Positions 14,421 to 27,289 of a DNA stretch of 64,000 bases are shown here, piece by piece. The stretch comes from Mobula hypostoma. Taxonomy: Eukaryota. The first letter of the stretch is position 1. Each line of letters begins with the position of its first letter. The stretch lies in contig NC_086109.1 in the NCBI RefSeq assembly GCF_963921235.1, positions 20,834,001 through 20,898,000 on the forward strand. The letters are read 5' to 3'. Made by a program: the position numbers and the translations under genes. The notes beneath the pieces are model-generated. The model saw only the letters and a list, made by a program, of their open reading frames with translations. It searched no databases and was not told the DNA's origin.

Positions 14421-15014
14421 ATACTCACAATCTGAATCTATAGTCCGGGAATTTTTTTTTCTTAGTATTGATAGATTTTTTTAAAAGTTTTAAAACAATA
14501 ATGCTTACTGAAGTACCCATGGCTGTGACTGGATTTCAGCAATAGCACTAAATGGTGAAGATTTAATGATTCCCATCAGAGCTGCATGCAAAGTTTCAAT
14601 TGTTCCTCCCTTCAATTGTTAGACAGTTTCCCTTTATAACTTTTCTGTCTGACTTGCCCACAGTTTGCTCTGTTTAGATATTTTCCATCACACCCATTGT
14701 GTATCTTCCAACAGTCTTGTATTAATAAAATTTCACAGACTCTAGCATCTCTTATTCTCCAAAAGATTGTCAATTTGACTTGATCTTTTCCCAGGAAGAT
14801 TCATAAGATGACATACACAGAATATCCATTATTTTACAGGCAATGCTGAAGCATGTAAAGCAAATTTCAGTGTAAATGGTAAACAAAACTCTCAGAAATA
14901 TTAATAACTGCCTGGTCTTCTCTACCACCGAGTCATGCAGACACTAGAAGTGGGAGTTAGACTATGCCAAGTCAGTGAGTGGCAGCATGAGAAGAAGTGG
15001 CAATTTCACTTTAC

Positions 15015-15505
15015 GCAACACACATCAAAGTTGCTGGTGAATGCAGCAGGCCAGGCAGCATCTTTAGGAAGAGGTACAGTCGACGTTTCGGGCCGAGACC
15101 CTTCGTCAGGACTAACTGAAGAAAGAGCTAGTAAGAGATTTGAAAGTGGGAGGGGGAGGGGGAGATCCGAAATGGTAGGAGAAGACGGGAGGGGGAGGGA
15201 TGGAGCCAAGAGCTGGACAGGTGATTGGCAAAAGGGAGATGAGAGGATCATGGGACAGGAGGCCCAGGGAGAAGGAAAAGGGGGAGGGGGGAAACACAGA
15301 GGATGGGCAAGGGGTATAGTCAGAGGGAGAAAAAGAAGAGTGAGAGAAAGAATGTGTGTATAAAAATAAATAACGGATGGGGTACGAGGGGGAGGTGGGG
15401 CATTAGCGGAAGTTAAAGAAGTCAATGTTCATGACATCAGGTTGGAGGCTACCCAGGCGGAATATAAGGTGTTGTTCCTCCAACCTGAGTGTGGCTTCAT
15501 CTTTT
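15015..15505 (-). mobile_element. Young PLE 3' fragment with an intact hammerhead
   Basis: End of the PLE ORF (LRLEEQHLIFRLG..QPD) followed by the terminal repeat with CpGs preserved. Confidence 0.85.
15078..15113 (-). ncRNA. Minimal type I hammerhead ribozyme (PLE-associated)
   Basis: AGTC-CTGACGA-A-GGG(TCTCGG)CCC-GAAA-CG-TC-GACT: stem I AGTC/GACT, stem II GGG/CCC, palindromic ACGT stem III, GUC cleavage triplet. Confidence 0.78.
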
Positions 15506-16451
15506 TTTGAATTTCACTTTACCCCGTTGTTGAAGTTTAAAAAAGGCAGCGCTTCGTAGTAGATTTTAGAATTTTACACTACGTTCAATCAATTTAAGGG
15601 ATTAATTAGAAAGAGTGAATAAAAATAAAGCAGGAGCAAATGGAGTGGCCATTGTGTGAGTGGGCCAGTTTTGGAGTGGCTTTGGCTCAACAGGCTTGAG
15701 TGAAGTAAGTATCTGGTAAGTTTCTTCTTCTTTATTCTTCATCCCTTGTCTGTTATGGCATAGTTAGTGCAGTGCGAATGGGAATGCACAAACTGGGACT
15801 GTGTTTTGTTCTCTGTGTGAGACGTTGGGAATTCTGGGAGACCACCAGCCTCATGGATAACCACACCTGCACCAGGTGCTCTGAGCTGCAGCTTCTCAGA
15901 GAACATGTTAAGGAACTGGAGCTGCAGCTCGATGGCGTTTGGGTCATACAGGAAACTGAGGAAGTGATAGATAGGAGCTACAGGGAGGTAGTCACCACTC
16001 GGTTGCAGGAGGCAGGTACCTAGGTGATTGTCAGGAGAAAGAAGGGAAATGGGCAGCCAGTGTAGAGTACCCCTGTTGACCATTCCTTCAATAATAAGTA
16101 TTCCACTTTCGATACTGTTGAAGGTGACGACCTACGAGGGAGGAATTGTAGTGACCAGGTCTCTGGCACTGAGTCCGGTGCCGTGGCTCTGAAGAGAAGA
16201 GAGGTGAAGAGAACTGCAGTAGTGATAGGAGAATCCATAGAGGAATAGATATGAGATTCTGTGGATGCGATAGAGACACCTAGAATGGTTTACTGCCTCC
16301 CAGGGGCCAGGGTCAGGGATGTCTCAGATCAGGTCCATGGCATTCTAAATGAGCAGGGTGAGCAGCCAGAAGTCTTGGTACATCTTGGCATCAATGACAC
16401 AGGCATGAAAAGTGGGGGAGTCCTGAAGAGATTTTAGGGAGCTCAGCAGAA

Positions 16452-17123
16452 GGAGGAGGAGAAGATGGCGGCGCGACGGCAGCGCGCGCGGCCACTTTGG
16501 TGGTGATGTCTGTAATCTGTCAAGTAGTGGACCATGCACAATTCTGATCTGATGGAGACGTATGTGAGAGTACGGAGGAACATCTGGAAAACTTCTGGAA
16601 TGCCCGCTTCGCTGCCGCTGCTACTGTGTGGTAACCAGAATCTCCAGAGCAGAAGACCCCGAAATCCTCGGCTTTGCTTGTTTCAGTGGCCGGGGCGAGG
16701 TCGAAGGCGCTCGGCAGAGGATGGCACTCGGGAAGCTGGTCGGAAGCTCCAAGTTCTCGGGTGGATGGACTCAGTGTCGGCTGGGGTCGGCTGCTTCCAA
16801 GGCATCGGCAAATTAATGGTGCCTGGAGGTTTATGGCAGGGAGTTTCTCCCTTTTGCCGCCTGCTATCAGGGACTCGGGAGTCGATCGACTCGGGGACTT
16901 TGAGACTTTTTTTTTACCGTGCTCATGGTTTGTTCTTCATCAAATTATGGTATTGCTTTGCACTGCTGTAACTATATGTTATAATTATGTGGTTCTGTCA
17001 GTGTTAGTCTTTGGTTTGTCCTGTTTTCTGTGCTATCACTCTGGAGAAACATTGTATCATTTCTTAATGCATGTATGCATTTCTAAATGACAATGAAAAG
17101 AGGACTGAGTGTTCTCATAATCT
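16452..17123 (+). mobile_element. GC-rich non-autonomous retroposon inserted in CR1 ORF1
   Basis: Begins GGAGGAGGAGAAGATGGCGGCG, AT-rich LINE-like 3' end, AGAA direct repeat on both sides. CR1 ORF1 rejoins across it. Confidence 0.65.
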
Positions 17124-18046
17124 AGAAAGCTGAGAAGCAGGACTCCATGTAGTGATCTCTGGATTGCTGCCTGTGCCATGCACCAGTGAGGGTAAGAATA
17201 GGATGATTTGGCAGATAATTGCATGGCTGAGGAACTGGTGCAGGGGGCAGGGGTTCAGATTTCTTGATCATTGGGATCTCTTTTGGGGAAGGTATGACAT
17301 GTACAAAAGGGATGGGTTACACCTGAACCCGAAGGGGACCAATATCCATGCAGGCAGGTCTCTAGAGCTGTTCAGGAGGATTTAATCTAATTTGGCATGA
17401 GGATGGGAACTCACGTGATAGGGCTGAGGATGGGGTGGGGGTTGCTTTACAAACAGAGGCAGCGTGTAATGTGACTGCTAGCAAGGACAGGCTGATGAAA
17501 GAGCAAAATTGCAGTGAACGGGATGTCGCAATGTAAAAGGGGGGCAAAATCAAAAAGGGTGATGAATACAGTACTGAATGCATTAAATTTGAGTGCACAC
17601 TTATACGGGATAAGGTAGATGAACTTGTAGCACAGTTGCATCTTGACATGTATGGTATGACGTGGGCAGCACTGAATCGTGGCTAAAAGAAAATTATAGT
17701 TGGGAGCTCAATGTCCAAATAGTAGCTAAGATGTGGTCTACAAATTACAAAGGGAGACAGAAAATGCATATCAAAAGGGTAATGTTACGATAGTCACAGG
17801 GGATTTCAATATCAGGTACATTGGGAAAATTAGGTTGCTGCAGGAATTTGTAGAATGACTATGAGATGGCTTTTTAGAGTAGCTCAAGGTTCAGCCCTCT
17901 CAGGGATTAGTTATTCTGGATTGGGTGTTGTGCAATGAACCAGAATTTATTAGAGAGCTTAAAGTAAAGGAACTCTTAGGAGCCAGTGATCATAATATGA
18001 TTGAAATCACCCTGCAATTTGAGAAGGATAAGCTAAAGTCAGATGT

Positions 18047-19577
18047 CCTGCCTTGGCAAGGACCTGGACCCACTGTAATTGGCCTATCGCCATGGTGGAT
18101 GTGATCTCAATGGCTTTCCATGTGGCCTAGGATCACCTAGACGATACAAGTACCTATGTCAGATCCATGTTTATTGACCCATAGCTCAGAGCTTAACACC
18201 ATCTTTCTTGAGTCCTGATCAAAAAGCTACAGAACCCGGACCTCTGTATCTCCCTCTGCAAATGGATCGTCGACTTCCTAACTGGAAGATCGCGAACTGT
18301 GCAGATTGGTAATAACATCTCCACCTTGCTGACAATCAACACTGGTGCACCTCAGGGTTGTGTGCTTAGCTCACTGCTAGACTCTCTCTACACCCATGAC
18401 TGTGTGGCCAGGCATAGCTCAAATGCCATCCATAAATTTGCTGATAATACAACCATTGTTGGCAGAATCTCAGATGGTGATGAGTGGGTGTACAGGAGTG
18501 AGACATACCTGCTAGCTGAGTGCTGTCTTAGCAGAACCTTGTACTCAACATTAGTGAGACCAAAGTACTGATTATGGACTCCAGGAAGGGTAAGACGAAG
18601 GAACAGAAACCAATCCTCGTAGAGGGATCGGAAGTGGAGAGAGTGAGCAATTTCAAGTTCCTGGGCGTCAATATCTCTGAGGACCTAACCTGGTCCCAAC
18701 ACATTGATGCAGCTATAAAGAAGGCAAGACCGTGGCTCTATTTCATTAAGAGTTTGATAAGATGTGGTTTGTCACCTAAAACACTCAAAAACTTCTACAG
18801 GTCTGACTGGCTGCATTGTGGTCTGGTATTGGGGGTTGGAGGCTATTGCACAGGATAAAAGTAAGCTGCAGAAAGTTGTAAAATTAGCCAGCTCCATTAT
18901 GGGTAATAACCTCCATAGTATCAAAGACATCTTCAAGGAGCGGTGACTCAGAAAGGCAGCGTCTGTCATTAAGGATCCCCGCCACCCAGGACATGCCCTC
19001 TTCTCATTGTTACCATCAGGAAGGTGGTACAGAAACCTGAAGGCACACGCTCAGCGATTCAGGATCAGCTTCTTCCCCTCTGCCATCTCATTTCTAAATG
19101 AACATTGAACTCATGAATACTACCTAGATTTTTAAATTTCTGTTTTTGCACAACTTATTTTAACTATTTACTGTACATATAATTACTGTAATTCAGTTTT
19201 TTCTATACTTACCATCTATGCATTGCACTGTTTGCATGGTTAGGGCATTGGACTAGCGATCTGAAGTCGTGAGTTCGAGTCTCGGCCAAGGCAGTGTGTG
19301 TGTATTCTTGAGCAAGGCACTTAACCACACATTGCTCCAGTCTACTCAGCTGAGAATGGGTACCGGCAAAAATGCTGGGGGTTAACCTCGCGATAGACTG
19401 GAGTCCTATCCGGGGGGGGGGGGGCGGGGGGAGTCTCCTACTCTCAGTCGCTTCACGCCACAGAAACTGGCATAAGCACTGGCCTAAGGGGCCACAAGGC
19501 TCATGACTGACTTTAGTCTTTTTAATTGCATTGCTGCCACAAAGTTAACAAATTTCATAACAAATGCCAGTGATATT
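18047..19577 (+). mobile_element. Rex1/Babar-type LINE 3' half (last nucleotides at 24163-24180, split off by the Gypsy insertion)
   Basis: NTGAPQGCVLS, YTHDC, KFADN, FKFLGV. Confidence 0.82.
19232..19520 (+). mobile_element. tRNA-derived CORE-type SINE
   Basis: B box GTTCGAGTC and CORE-like TTGAGCAAGGCACTTAACC. The head is shared with 23545-23844. Confidence 0.65.
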
Positions 19578-21627
19578 TGTAATGTATGGATCTATTTCTT
19601 TTAGAACAATGACCTCATATTGATCTTAGCACTACACATTGATCTGTTGTCTACACATGCACTATTTATGCATATGTATTGTTCTCTCTCTCTCTCTCTC
19701 TCACTGCAAAGTGAAGACACTAGTTAAAGCCAACTCCCATGTGCGTGCTTTTATTTAATTGATATGTAGTTGTGCACAGACACAACAAATTGGTGAGGAG
19801 TACAAACCTGAATGTCAGAAAATATCATGAATGGCACAGCAAGAGTTAAACAGCAAAGTTAAACGGTACAGAGAAGGCCGTCACAGACGCTAACAAAGGT
19901 GTGAGTACTGAATAGTACACAGTGAAAGATGTGCTGAATTCAAAGTGAAAATAATGTGACGATGGCTGAATGTGATAGCACTAATGAGGACTGGGAGTCG
20001 AATACTGAAAGGGTTGAACTGTAACGCGAACAATGTGAAGGAGCAAAAGAAAGCCCCTACACTTCTTAGTTTAATGGGCCAAGAACATAGAGTCTCTTAC
20101 ACAATCTAGTAACCCCTGCAAAGCCAGCAAGCAAGACGTTCGATGAAATTGTTACAATTTTACAAAATCACTTGAGTGCTAAGCCACTGGTAATAGCTGA
20201 GAGATTTAGATTTTACAAAAGGAACCAGTCAAAAGATGAAAGCTTTTCTGAATGCATTGCAGAACTGCGCAAACCTTCCCAGTACTGTCATTTTAGAGAT
20301 GGACTTTCTGATGCATTAAGGGACAGGCTTGTATGTGGCACGTATAGTCAAAGCACTCAAACGAGGCAACTGGCAGAGAAAGACCTAAGCTTAGAACGGG
20401 CATTGACCATTGCAATATCATTAGAGGATGCAGCAGAACTACAAAAAGGAGATTCAAACGTGAAATTCACAAAATGTCCCCGAATGGTGCAAAAAGCCAA
20501 AAATGTTATCTATGTGGCAAATCCTCCCATGATGCAATTGACTGTTGGTTCAAAGAAAAAGTCTGCAGAAAGTGTCACAGACAAGGTCATATAGAGAGAA
20601 CGTGCAAGGCAGACAAAAATCACAACCGAGTGAAAAGTCTCAAACACAAAACTAAGCAAATGCATAGTTACCGAATGTAAAACAGAATCGTACAACATAG
20701 AGTCTGACAAAGTGAACTGTCATGCCTAGAACTGCATAGTATTACTGAAGCAGATCTCAATATAATATGGATAACTATAGATGTGTCTGCTGTAATCCTG
20801 GAAATGGAGTTGGATACAGGTTCGGCTTTGTCTATAATTCCAGAGGCCGATCCAACAGACTGTTTTCTAAGATACCATTAGAGAAGACCTCCGTGATGCT
20901 CAAGACTTACACAGATGAAAAAGTGTCCTCCAAAGGCAAACTGAAAGTGAAGGTTTACTTATGGAGGCCAAACACTGCAGTTAGAGCTTTATGTTTTGAA
21001 AAGTGGAGAGCCAGCACTTTTCGGTTGTGAATGGTTGAGAAAAATCCAACTAGACTGGCATTCAATCACAGCTCTCAGTGTGACATTAACAGGCAACAGC
21101 AGCTCAAAGGGTAGCACTAACCAGAGACTGGCACAGCTGTGTAATGCTAATGAGAAGGCGTTTGAGAAAGGGATTGGCAAACTCATAGGCATGAAGGCCA
21201 GAATTGAACTGAATGAAGCAGCAACACCAAGATTATAAAGTGTGTCCAGTGCATTATGCACTATGTTCCAAACTGGAAGCTGAACTGCAGAGCTTTGAGG
21301 TGTCTGGAATTCCCTCCCAGGTTGAATGGAGTGATTGGGCCACGCCCATTGTCCTAGTGATCAAGAAAGGGAAGGCTGGAGCCGTTTGCATATTGTGGAC
21401 ACGTGATTGACAAGTATAGCTTACATAAGCTGCAAGAAAAAACTGAAGCAATGCTTCAGGCATCCAATGTGTCATACTTGGGGCTTGGTAAACTACTACC
21501 ACCAGTTTCTCCAAAACATTGCGACAGTGCTGCATCCATTGAACACACTGTTACAGAGAGGAGCAAAGTGGGAATGGTCAGAGAGAGGTGAAGAAGCATT
21601 CAAGGAAACAAAGAGACTAATAACATC

Positions 21628-21790
21628 CTACCAGCCTTCTCCTTCCCACCCTCTCCCCACCTTCTTTATAGGGCCTCTGCCCCTTCCCCCTACAGTCCTG
21701 GCGAAGGGTTCCGGCCCAAAACGTCGACCGATCTTTTCCACAGATGCTGCCCGACCTGCTGAGTTCCTCCAGCGTGTTGTGAGTGTTGCT
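21628..21790 (+). mobile_element. PLE terminal-repeat fragment inside Gypsy pol
   Basis: Mutated hammerhead CAGTCCTGGCGAAGGG...CCCAAAACGTCGAC followed by GATGCTGCC...GAGTTCCTCCAGC. Confidence 0.75.
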
Positions 21791-23544
21791 CTACAACAGA
21801 TGAACTGCTCACCCATTATGACCCATCCCTGCCCATCAGACTGGCGTGTGATCCATCCCCTTCTGGCATTGGGGCCATTTTGTCACACAATATGCATACG
21901 GATCTGAACGCCCAATTGCATTTGCTTCAAGATCACCGACAAGCACAGGATGCAACTGCGCACAGGTCAACTGAGAGGCCCTTAATCTGGTATGGGGAAT
22001 AAAGAAGTCCCATCACTACCTCTACAGACAAAAGTTTATGCTAGTGACAAGTTACCAACCGCTTGTGTCCATTTTCAATCCCAGGAAGGGAATTCCAGTG
22101 ATGTCTGCTACCCCGTTACAATGTTGGGCACTATTCTAGGAGCCCATTCTTATGACATAGAGTTCGAGAGTACAGTACTAAACAACACAGCAATGCTGAT
22201 GGCTTGTCATGTCTTCCACAACTGGGAACTGAAGAAAGGAATGTCTTTATTCCGTGGCGCAGCATAGATGCTCCATACCGCATTGGTGGACTAGTTGCCA
22301 GTAACAAATTCCAAAATACAAAGGGATACAAGGAATTGTCAAGAGTCTATGAAATCACCATGTAAGGATGGTCAGCTCATGGTAACCCTGTTTCCAAAGT
22401 TCTCAGCAAGACAAGACTAACTGTATGTTAAAGAATGCTGATGAGTGGATCTCATGCTGTGGTTCCCTCTAAACTGCACACCAGAGTGTTAGAAAATCTG
22501 CATGAAGGCCATCTGGGTACAGTCAAGATAAAGAGTCTCATCCAGAGCTACATGTGGTGGCCAGGAATAGATAAACAGGTTGAAGACTTGGCCAAAAGCT
22601 GTTCGGAATGCCAAATAGTTCAAAATGCATCCCCACAGGCACTGTTACACCCGTGGGAGTGGTCGTCATCACCATTACAAAGGATACATATTGGTTTAGC
22701 TGGGCCATTCATTGTCTCCACGTTCCTGATTGCTGTGGATGCTCATTTGAAGCGGCTGGAGGTTATACCAATGAAGTTAACCACCTCAGCAAAGACTGTC
22801 TCTGCTCTGTTTTCACCAGAACAAATTGTGAGTGACAATGGACCACAATACACGTCAAAAGAATTCCAACTGCTCATGAGGAAAAATGGCATCAGACATT
22901 TCAAGTCAGCAGTGAATGGGTTCGCTGAAAGGTTTATCCAAACCATCAAGAAGTCCATTAAAGCAATGGACAAGGAAGACATTTCCCTACAGCACAAAGC
23001 AGACAACTTCCTTCTTGTGTATCGGAACTTAGTTCATGCGACGACAAATCTAACACCTGCAAAGTTGTTCATGAACAGGAATCTGAGATCTCACATAGAC
23101 CTCCTGAAACCAGATCTACAGAGGGAAGTGCAGAATAAACATTTCAGCCAGTTGCCAAGTGAAGCAGCAAGGAGCTTCAAGATTGGACAGGAAGTCCTAG
23201 CACGTGATTACCAAAAAGTCAAGTAGATACCCGGGTAGGATATCTGGTGTACCCAATGGATGTTGGAGGTCAGAAATGAAGATGTCACGTGGACCAGACG
23301 GTGGATGCTCAACTGAAGAACACACCTGAGTCAACTACATCCAACAAGACGGACACATTACAGTCACCGGACTTACCTCTCTCAGTGATGATGTTACTGA
23401 CAGCAATGTGACACTAGAAACAGAGAACTTTGTCTTATACAAAACAGCTGCCAAATCAGATGCCACTCCACAAGTCCAGAGGCGCTATCCTGAAAGAAAC
23501 AGAGCATCACCCAAAGACTGAACCTTTAGAACCGTGAAGTTAAT

Positions 23545-23844
23545 CGGCATCCGTTAGTCTCGTGAGACCATGGATTTGCACCTTGGAAGGTTTCCAGGGC
23601 GCAGGCTTGGGCAAGGTTGTATGGAAGACCGGCAGTTGCCCATGCTGCAAGTTTCCCCTCTCCACGCAACTGATGTTGTCCAAGGGAAGGGCACTAGGGC
23701 TGATACAGCTTGCCACCGGTGTCATCACAGAGCAATGTGTGGTTAAGTGTCTTGCTCAAGGACACAACATGCTGCCTCAGCTGAGGCTCGAACTAGCGAC
23801 CTTCAGATCACTAGACTGACGCCTTAACCACTTGACCACACGCC
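23545..23844 (-). mobile_element. Full-length tRNA-derived CORE-type SINE
   Basis: Perfect 17-bp TSD AGAACCGTGAAGTTAAT (23528-23544, 23845-23861), A box TGGTCAAGTGG, B box GTTCGAGCC. Confidence 0.88.
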
Positions 23845-26634
23845 AGAACCGTGAAGTTAATTATGGACTATTATTGTAAAAGCATGTCTATTTGTAATAT
23901 GGGTTTATGAAAGGGAAATTGGATTTGTACATATACAGTTTTATGTTGCAGTAATCTAAAGGGGGGGAAGTGTAATGTATGGATCTATTTCTTTTAGAGC
24001 AATGACCCCACCCCCGCACTATGTATTGAACTATTGTCTATGCACGTGCATTGTCTTCTCTCCCTCTCTCATACTGCAATGTGAAGACACCAGTTAAAGC
24101 CATCTCCCATGTGTGTGCTTTTATTTAATCAATATGTAGTCGCGCACAACCATAACAATATTAAACCTAATTATGCTTTTGATGTATCAGTACTACAGTG
24201 GAGTAAAGGGAATTACAGAGACATGAGAAAGAAACTGACTAAAATTGATTGGAAGGGAACAAGAGTGGGGATGACAGCAGAGCAGCAATGGCTGGAATTT
24301 CTGGAAGTAATTTGGAAGGCACAGGATAGATACATATCAAAGCCAGGATGACAAGTCAAAGCCAACATAAAAGCCAAAGAAAGGGAATATAACAGAGCAA
24401 AAATTAGTGGGAAGTTAGGGGATTAGGAAGCTTTTAAAAACGAACAAAAGGCAACTAAAAAAAAGTCATAATGAAGGAAAAGATGGAATACCAAGATAAG
24501 TTAGCCAATAATATGAAAGAGGATACCAAAAATTTCTTCAGATATATAACATGTAAAAGAGAGTTGAGAGTGGATATTGGACTGCTGGAAAATGATGCTG
24601 GAGAGGCAGTAATGGGGAACAAAGAAATGTCAGACATACTGAATAAGTACTTTGCATCAGTATTCACCGTGGAAGACAGTAGCAGTATGCCAGAAGTTCG
24701 AGAATGTTGAGGACCAGAAATGAATGAAGTTGCCATAACTAGGGAGAAGGTGCTTGGGAAACTGGAAGGTTGACCTGGACCAGATGGACTGCAACCCAGG
24801 GGTCTGAAAGCGGTGGCCAAAGAGATTGTGGAGGCATTTGTAATGATCTTTCAAAAATCAATCAATTTTAGCATGGTTCCAGAGGACTGGAAAATTTGCA
24901 AATGTCACTCCCGTCTTCTAGAAGGGGGAGAGGCAGAAGAAAGGAAATTATAGGCCAGTAAGTCTGACCTCAGTGGTTGAGAAGATATTGGAATCAATTA
25001 TTAAGGATGTGGTTTTGGGGTACTTGGAGACACATGATAAAATAGGCCAAAGTCAGCATTGTTTCCTTAAGGGAAAGTCTTGTCTGAAAAATCTGTTGAA
25101 TTTTTAAACAAATAACAAGTAGAATAGACAAAGGAGAATCAGTGGACCTTGTGTTGGATTTTCAGAAGGCCTTTGACAAGGTGCCACACACGAGGCTGCT
25201 TAACAAGTTAAGTCCATGGTATTACAGGAAAGTTACTAGCATTGATAAAGAGCATTGGCTGCATGGCAAGAGGCAACAAGTGGGAATGAAGGGAGCTTTT
25301 TTTTCTGGTTGTCTGAAGGGTGACTAATGGTGTTCTACAAGAATCTGTATTGGGACCACTTCTTTTCAGGTTACTTGTCAATGATTTGGATGCTGGAGTT
25401 GATGGCTTGGTGCCCAAGCTTGCGGGTAATATGAAGATGGGCAGGTAGTGTTGAGTAAGTAGAAATGTTGGAGGACCTAGACAGATTAGGAGAATGGACA
25501 AAGTAGTGGATCATGGAATATAGTGACGGGAAATATATGGTCATGCAGTTTGGTAGAAGAAATAAAAGCACAGACTACTTTCCAAAAGGAGAGGAAATTC
25601 AATAATCTGTGGGGCAAAGGGACTTGGGAGTCCTTGTGCAGGATTCCTTAAAGGTTAATTTTCAGGTTAAGTCAGTGGTGAGGAAGGCAAATGCAATGTT
25701 AGCATTCATTTTGAGAGGACTAGAATATAAAAGCAAAGATGATACTTTATAAGGCACTGGTGAGGTCGCACGTGGAGTATGGTGAGCAGTTTTGGGCCCA
25801 TTATCTAAGAAAGGATGACCAGACCTTGGAGAGGTTTCAAAGGAGGTTCATGAAAACAATTCTGATCGAAAGGCTTATCATATGAGGAGCATTTGTTGGC
25901 TCTGGGCCCATACTCACTGGAATTCTGAAGAGTGGTGGGAGGGATCTCATTGAAACCTATCAAATATTGAAAGTCCTTGATAGAGTGGATGTGGAGAGGA
26001 TGTTTCCTATGGTGGGGGAGTCTAAGACCAGAAAACACAGCCTCAGAATAGAGGAATGTCGAATTAGAACAGAGATGAAGAGGAATTTCTTTAGCAAAAG
26101 AGTGGTGAATCTGTGGAATTCGTTGCCACAGGCAGCTGTGGAGGCCAAGTCATTGAGTATATTTAAGGCAGTGGTTGACGGACTCTTGATTAGTCAGGGC
26201 ACAAAGGAAGACTGGAAGAAGGCAGGAGATTGGGGCTGAGAGGGAAATGGATCTGCCATGATGATATGGTAGAGTAGACTCAATGGGCCAAATGGCCTAA
26301 TTCTGCTCCTATATCTTATGGTCTTATGGGATCAGTAGGAAACCAGTAACCCGTATGAATGAAAAAACCAATAAAGTTTAAAATCATATGGATGTAATAG
26401 GTAGGTGGTTTTGAAATGGTTGTTATAGTAGATACTTAAATCAGAATCCACATTTAAACAGTGGATAGTGCAGCACTGTGTACCACAGGGTAGAATGTAT
26501 CTTTGGGGATGCAGATATCTGAAGAAAGTTAGTCAACAAGGGTCGATTTCCCATTTGCTTCAGATGTAACTGAGCAAAGTGACGGAACCATCCTACTGTC
26601 TCACTTGGTTGAACTGGATAATCAGGAGAAGAGT

Positions 26635-27155
26635 TCACAGTTCAAAAGTTCAAAGTAAATGTGTTATCAAAGTACGTACATGCCTTCATATACAACCCCA
26701 AGATTCATTTTTTGCATGCATACTCAGTAAATCCAATAACCATAATAGAAGCAATGAAAGTCTGCACCAACAGGGTGGACAACCAATGTGCGAAAGACAA
26801 CAAACTGCACAAAAACACAAGAATGAAAAAAAAAAAAATAATTAATAAATAAGTAATGAATATCAAGAACATGGGATGAAGAGTCCATAGATTATGGGAA
26901 CAGTTCAGTGATAGGCCAGGTGAAGTTGAGTGACGTGACTCCTCTGGTTCAAGAGCCTGATGGTTGAAGGGTAATAATTGTTCCTGAACCTGGTAGTGTG
27001 AGTCCTGAGGCTCCTGTGCCCTCTTTCTGAGGGTTTTAGATGTCATGCCAAATCTTCGCAAACTCTAAGGAAGCAGACGCGCTGTTGTGCTTTCTTCATA
27101 ATTGCACTTACATGCCGGGCCGTGGACAGGCCTTCCCGAATGATAACTCAGAGGA
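26635..27155 (-). mobile_element. Rex1/Babar-type LINE 3' fragment
   Basis: Similar to other LINE 3' ends in the window, with a (TTGAAC)-type tail. Confidence 0.6.
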
Positions 27156-27289
27156 ATGACCCTCTTATTACATACTTGCATACCTGAAGAGGATGATTTG
27201 GTCATTTAAGGCCACCTTATTGATTGAGAAAGCAGAGGTAATGTCTTTATTAATATGTCCTTAAGCTGAACTGTTTTAAGGTAGGAGAA

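Larger units (their letters stand above)
19578..24157 (+). mobile_element. Gypsy/Ty3 LTR retrotransposon, defective (LTRs 19578-19787 and 23971-24157)
   Basis: TG...CA LTR pair, 5-bp TSD ATATT, PBS-like TGGTGAGGAG at 19791, PPT at 23958-23970. Gag with two CCHC knuckles, protease ELDTGS, RNase H remnant, integrase HHCC and SDNGPQY. Confidence 0.93.
15560..26330 (+). mobile_element. Full-length decayed CR1 LINE interrupted by nested insertions (CR1 parts about 15560-16451, 17124-18046, 24181-26330)
   Basis: ORF1 zinc finger (C..C...HTC.RC) and esterase (..DGLHLN). ORF2 YFASVFT, PEDWK, LDFQKAFDKVPH. (TCTTATGG)n tail. Rejoins across GATGT at 18042-18046 / 24181-24185. Confidence 0.85.

Noticed and set aside
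14935..15425. 142-aa and 139-aa ORFs as novel proteins
   Set aside because: Low-complexity translations of the purine-rich PLE terminal repeat.
16534..17090. 145-aa and 138-aa ORFs as a host gene
   Set aside because: They lie inside a GC-rich insertion and show no recognisable domain or splice context.
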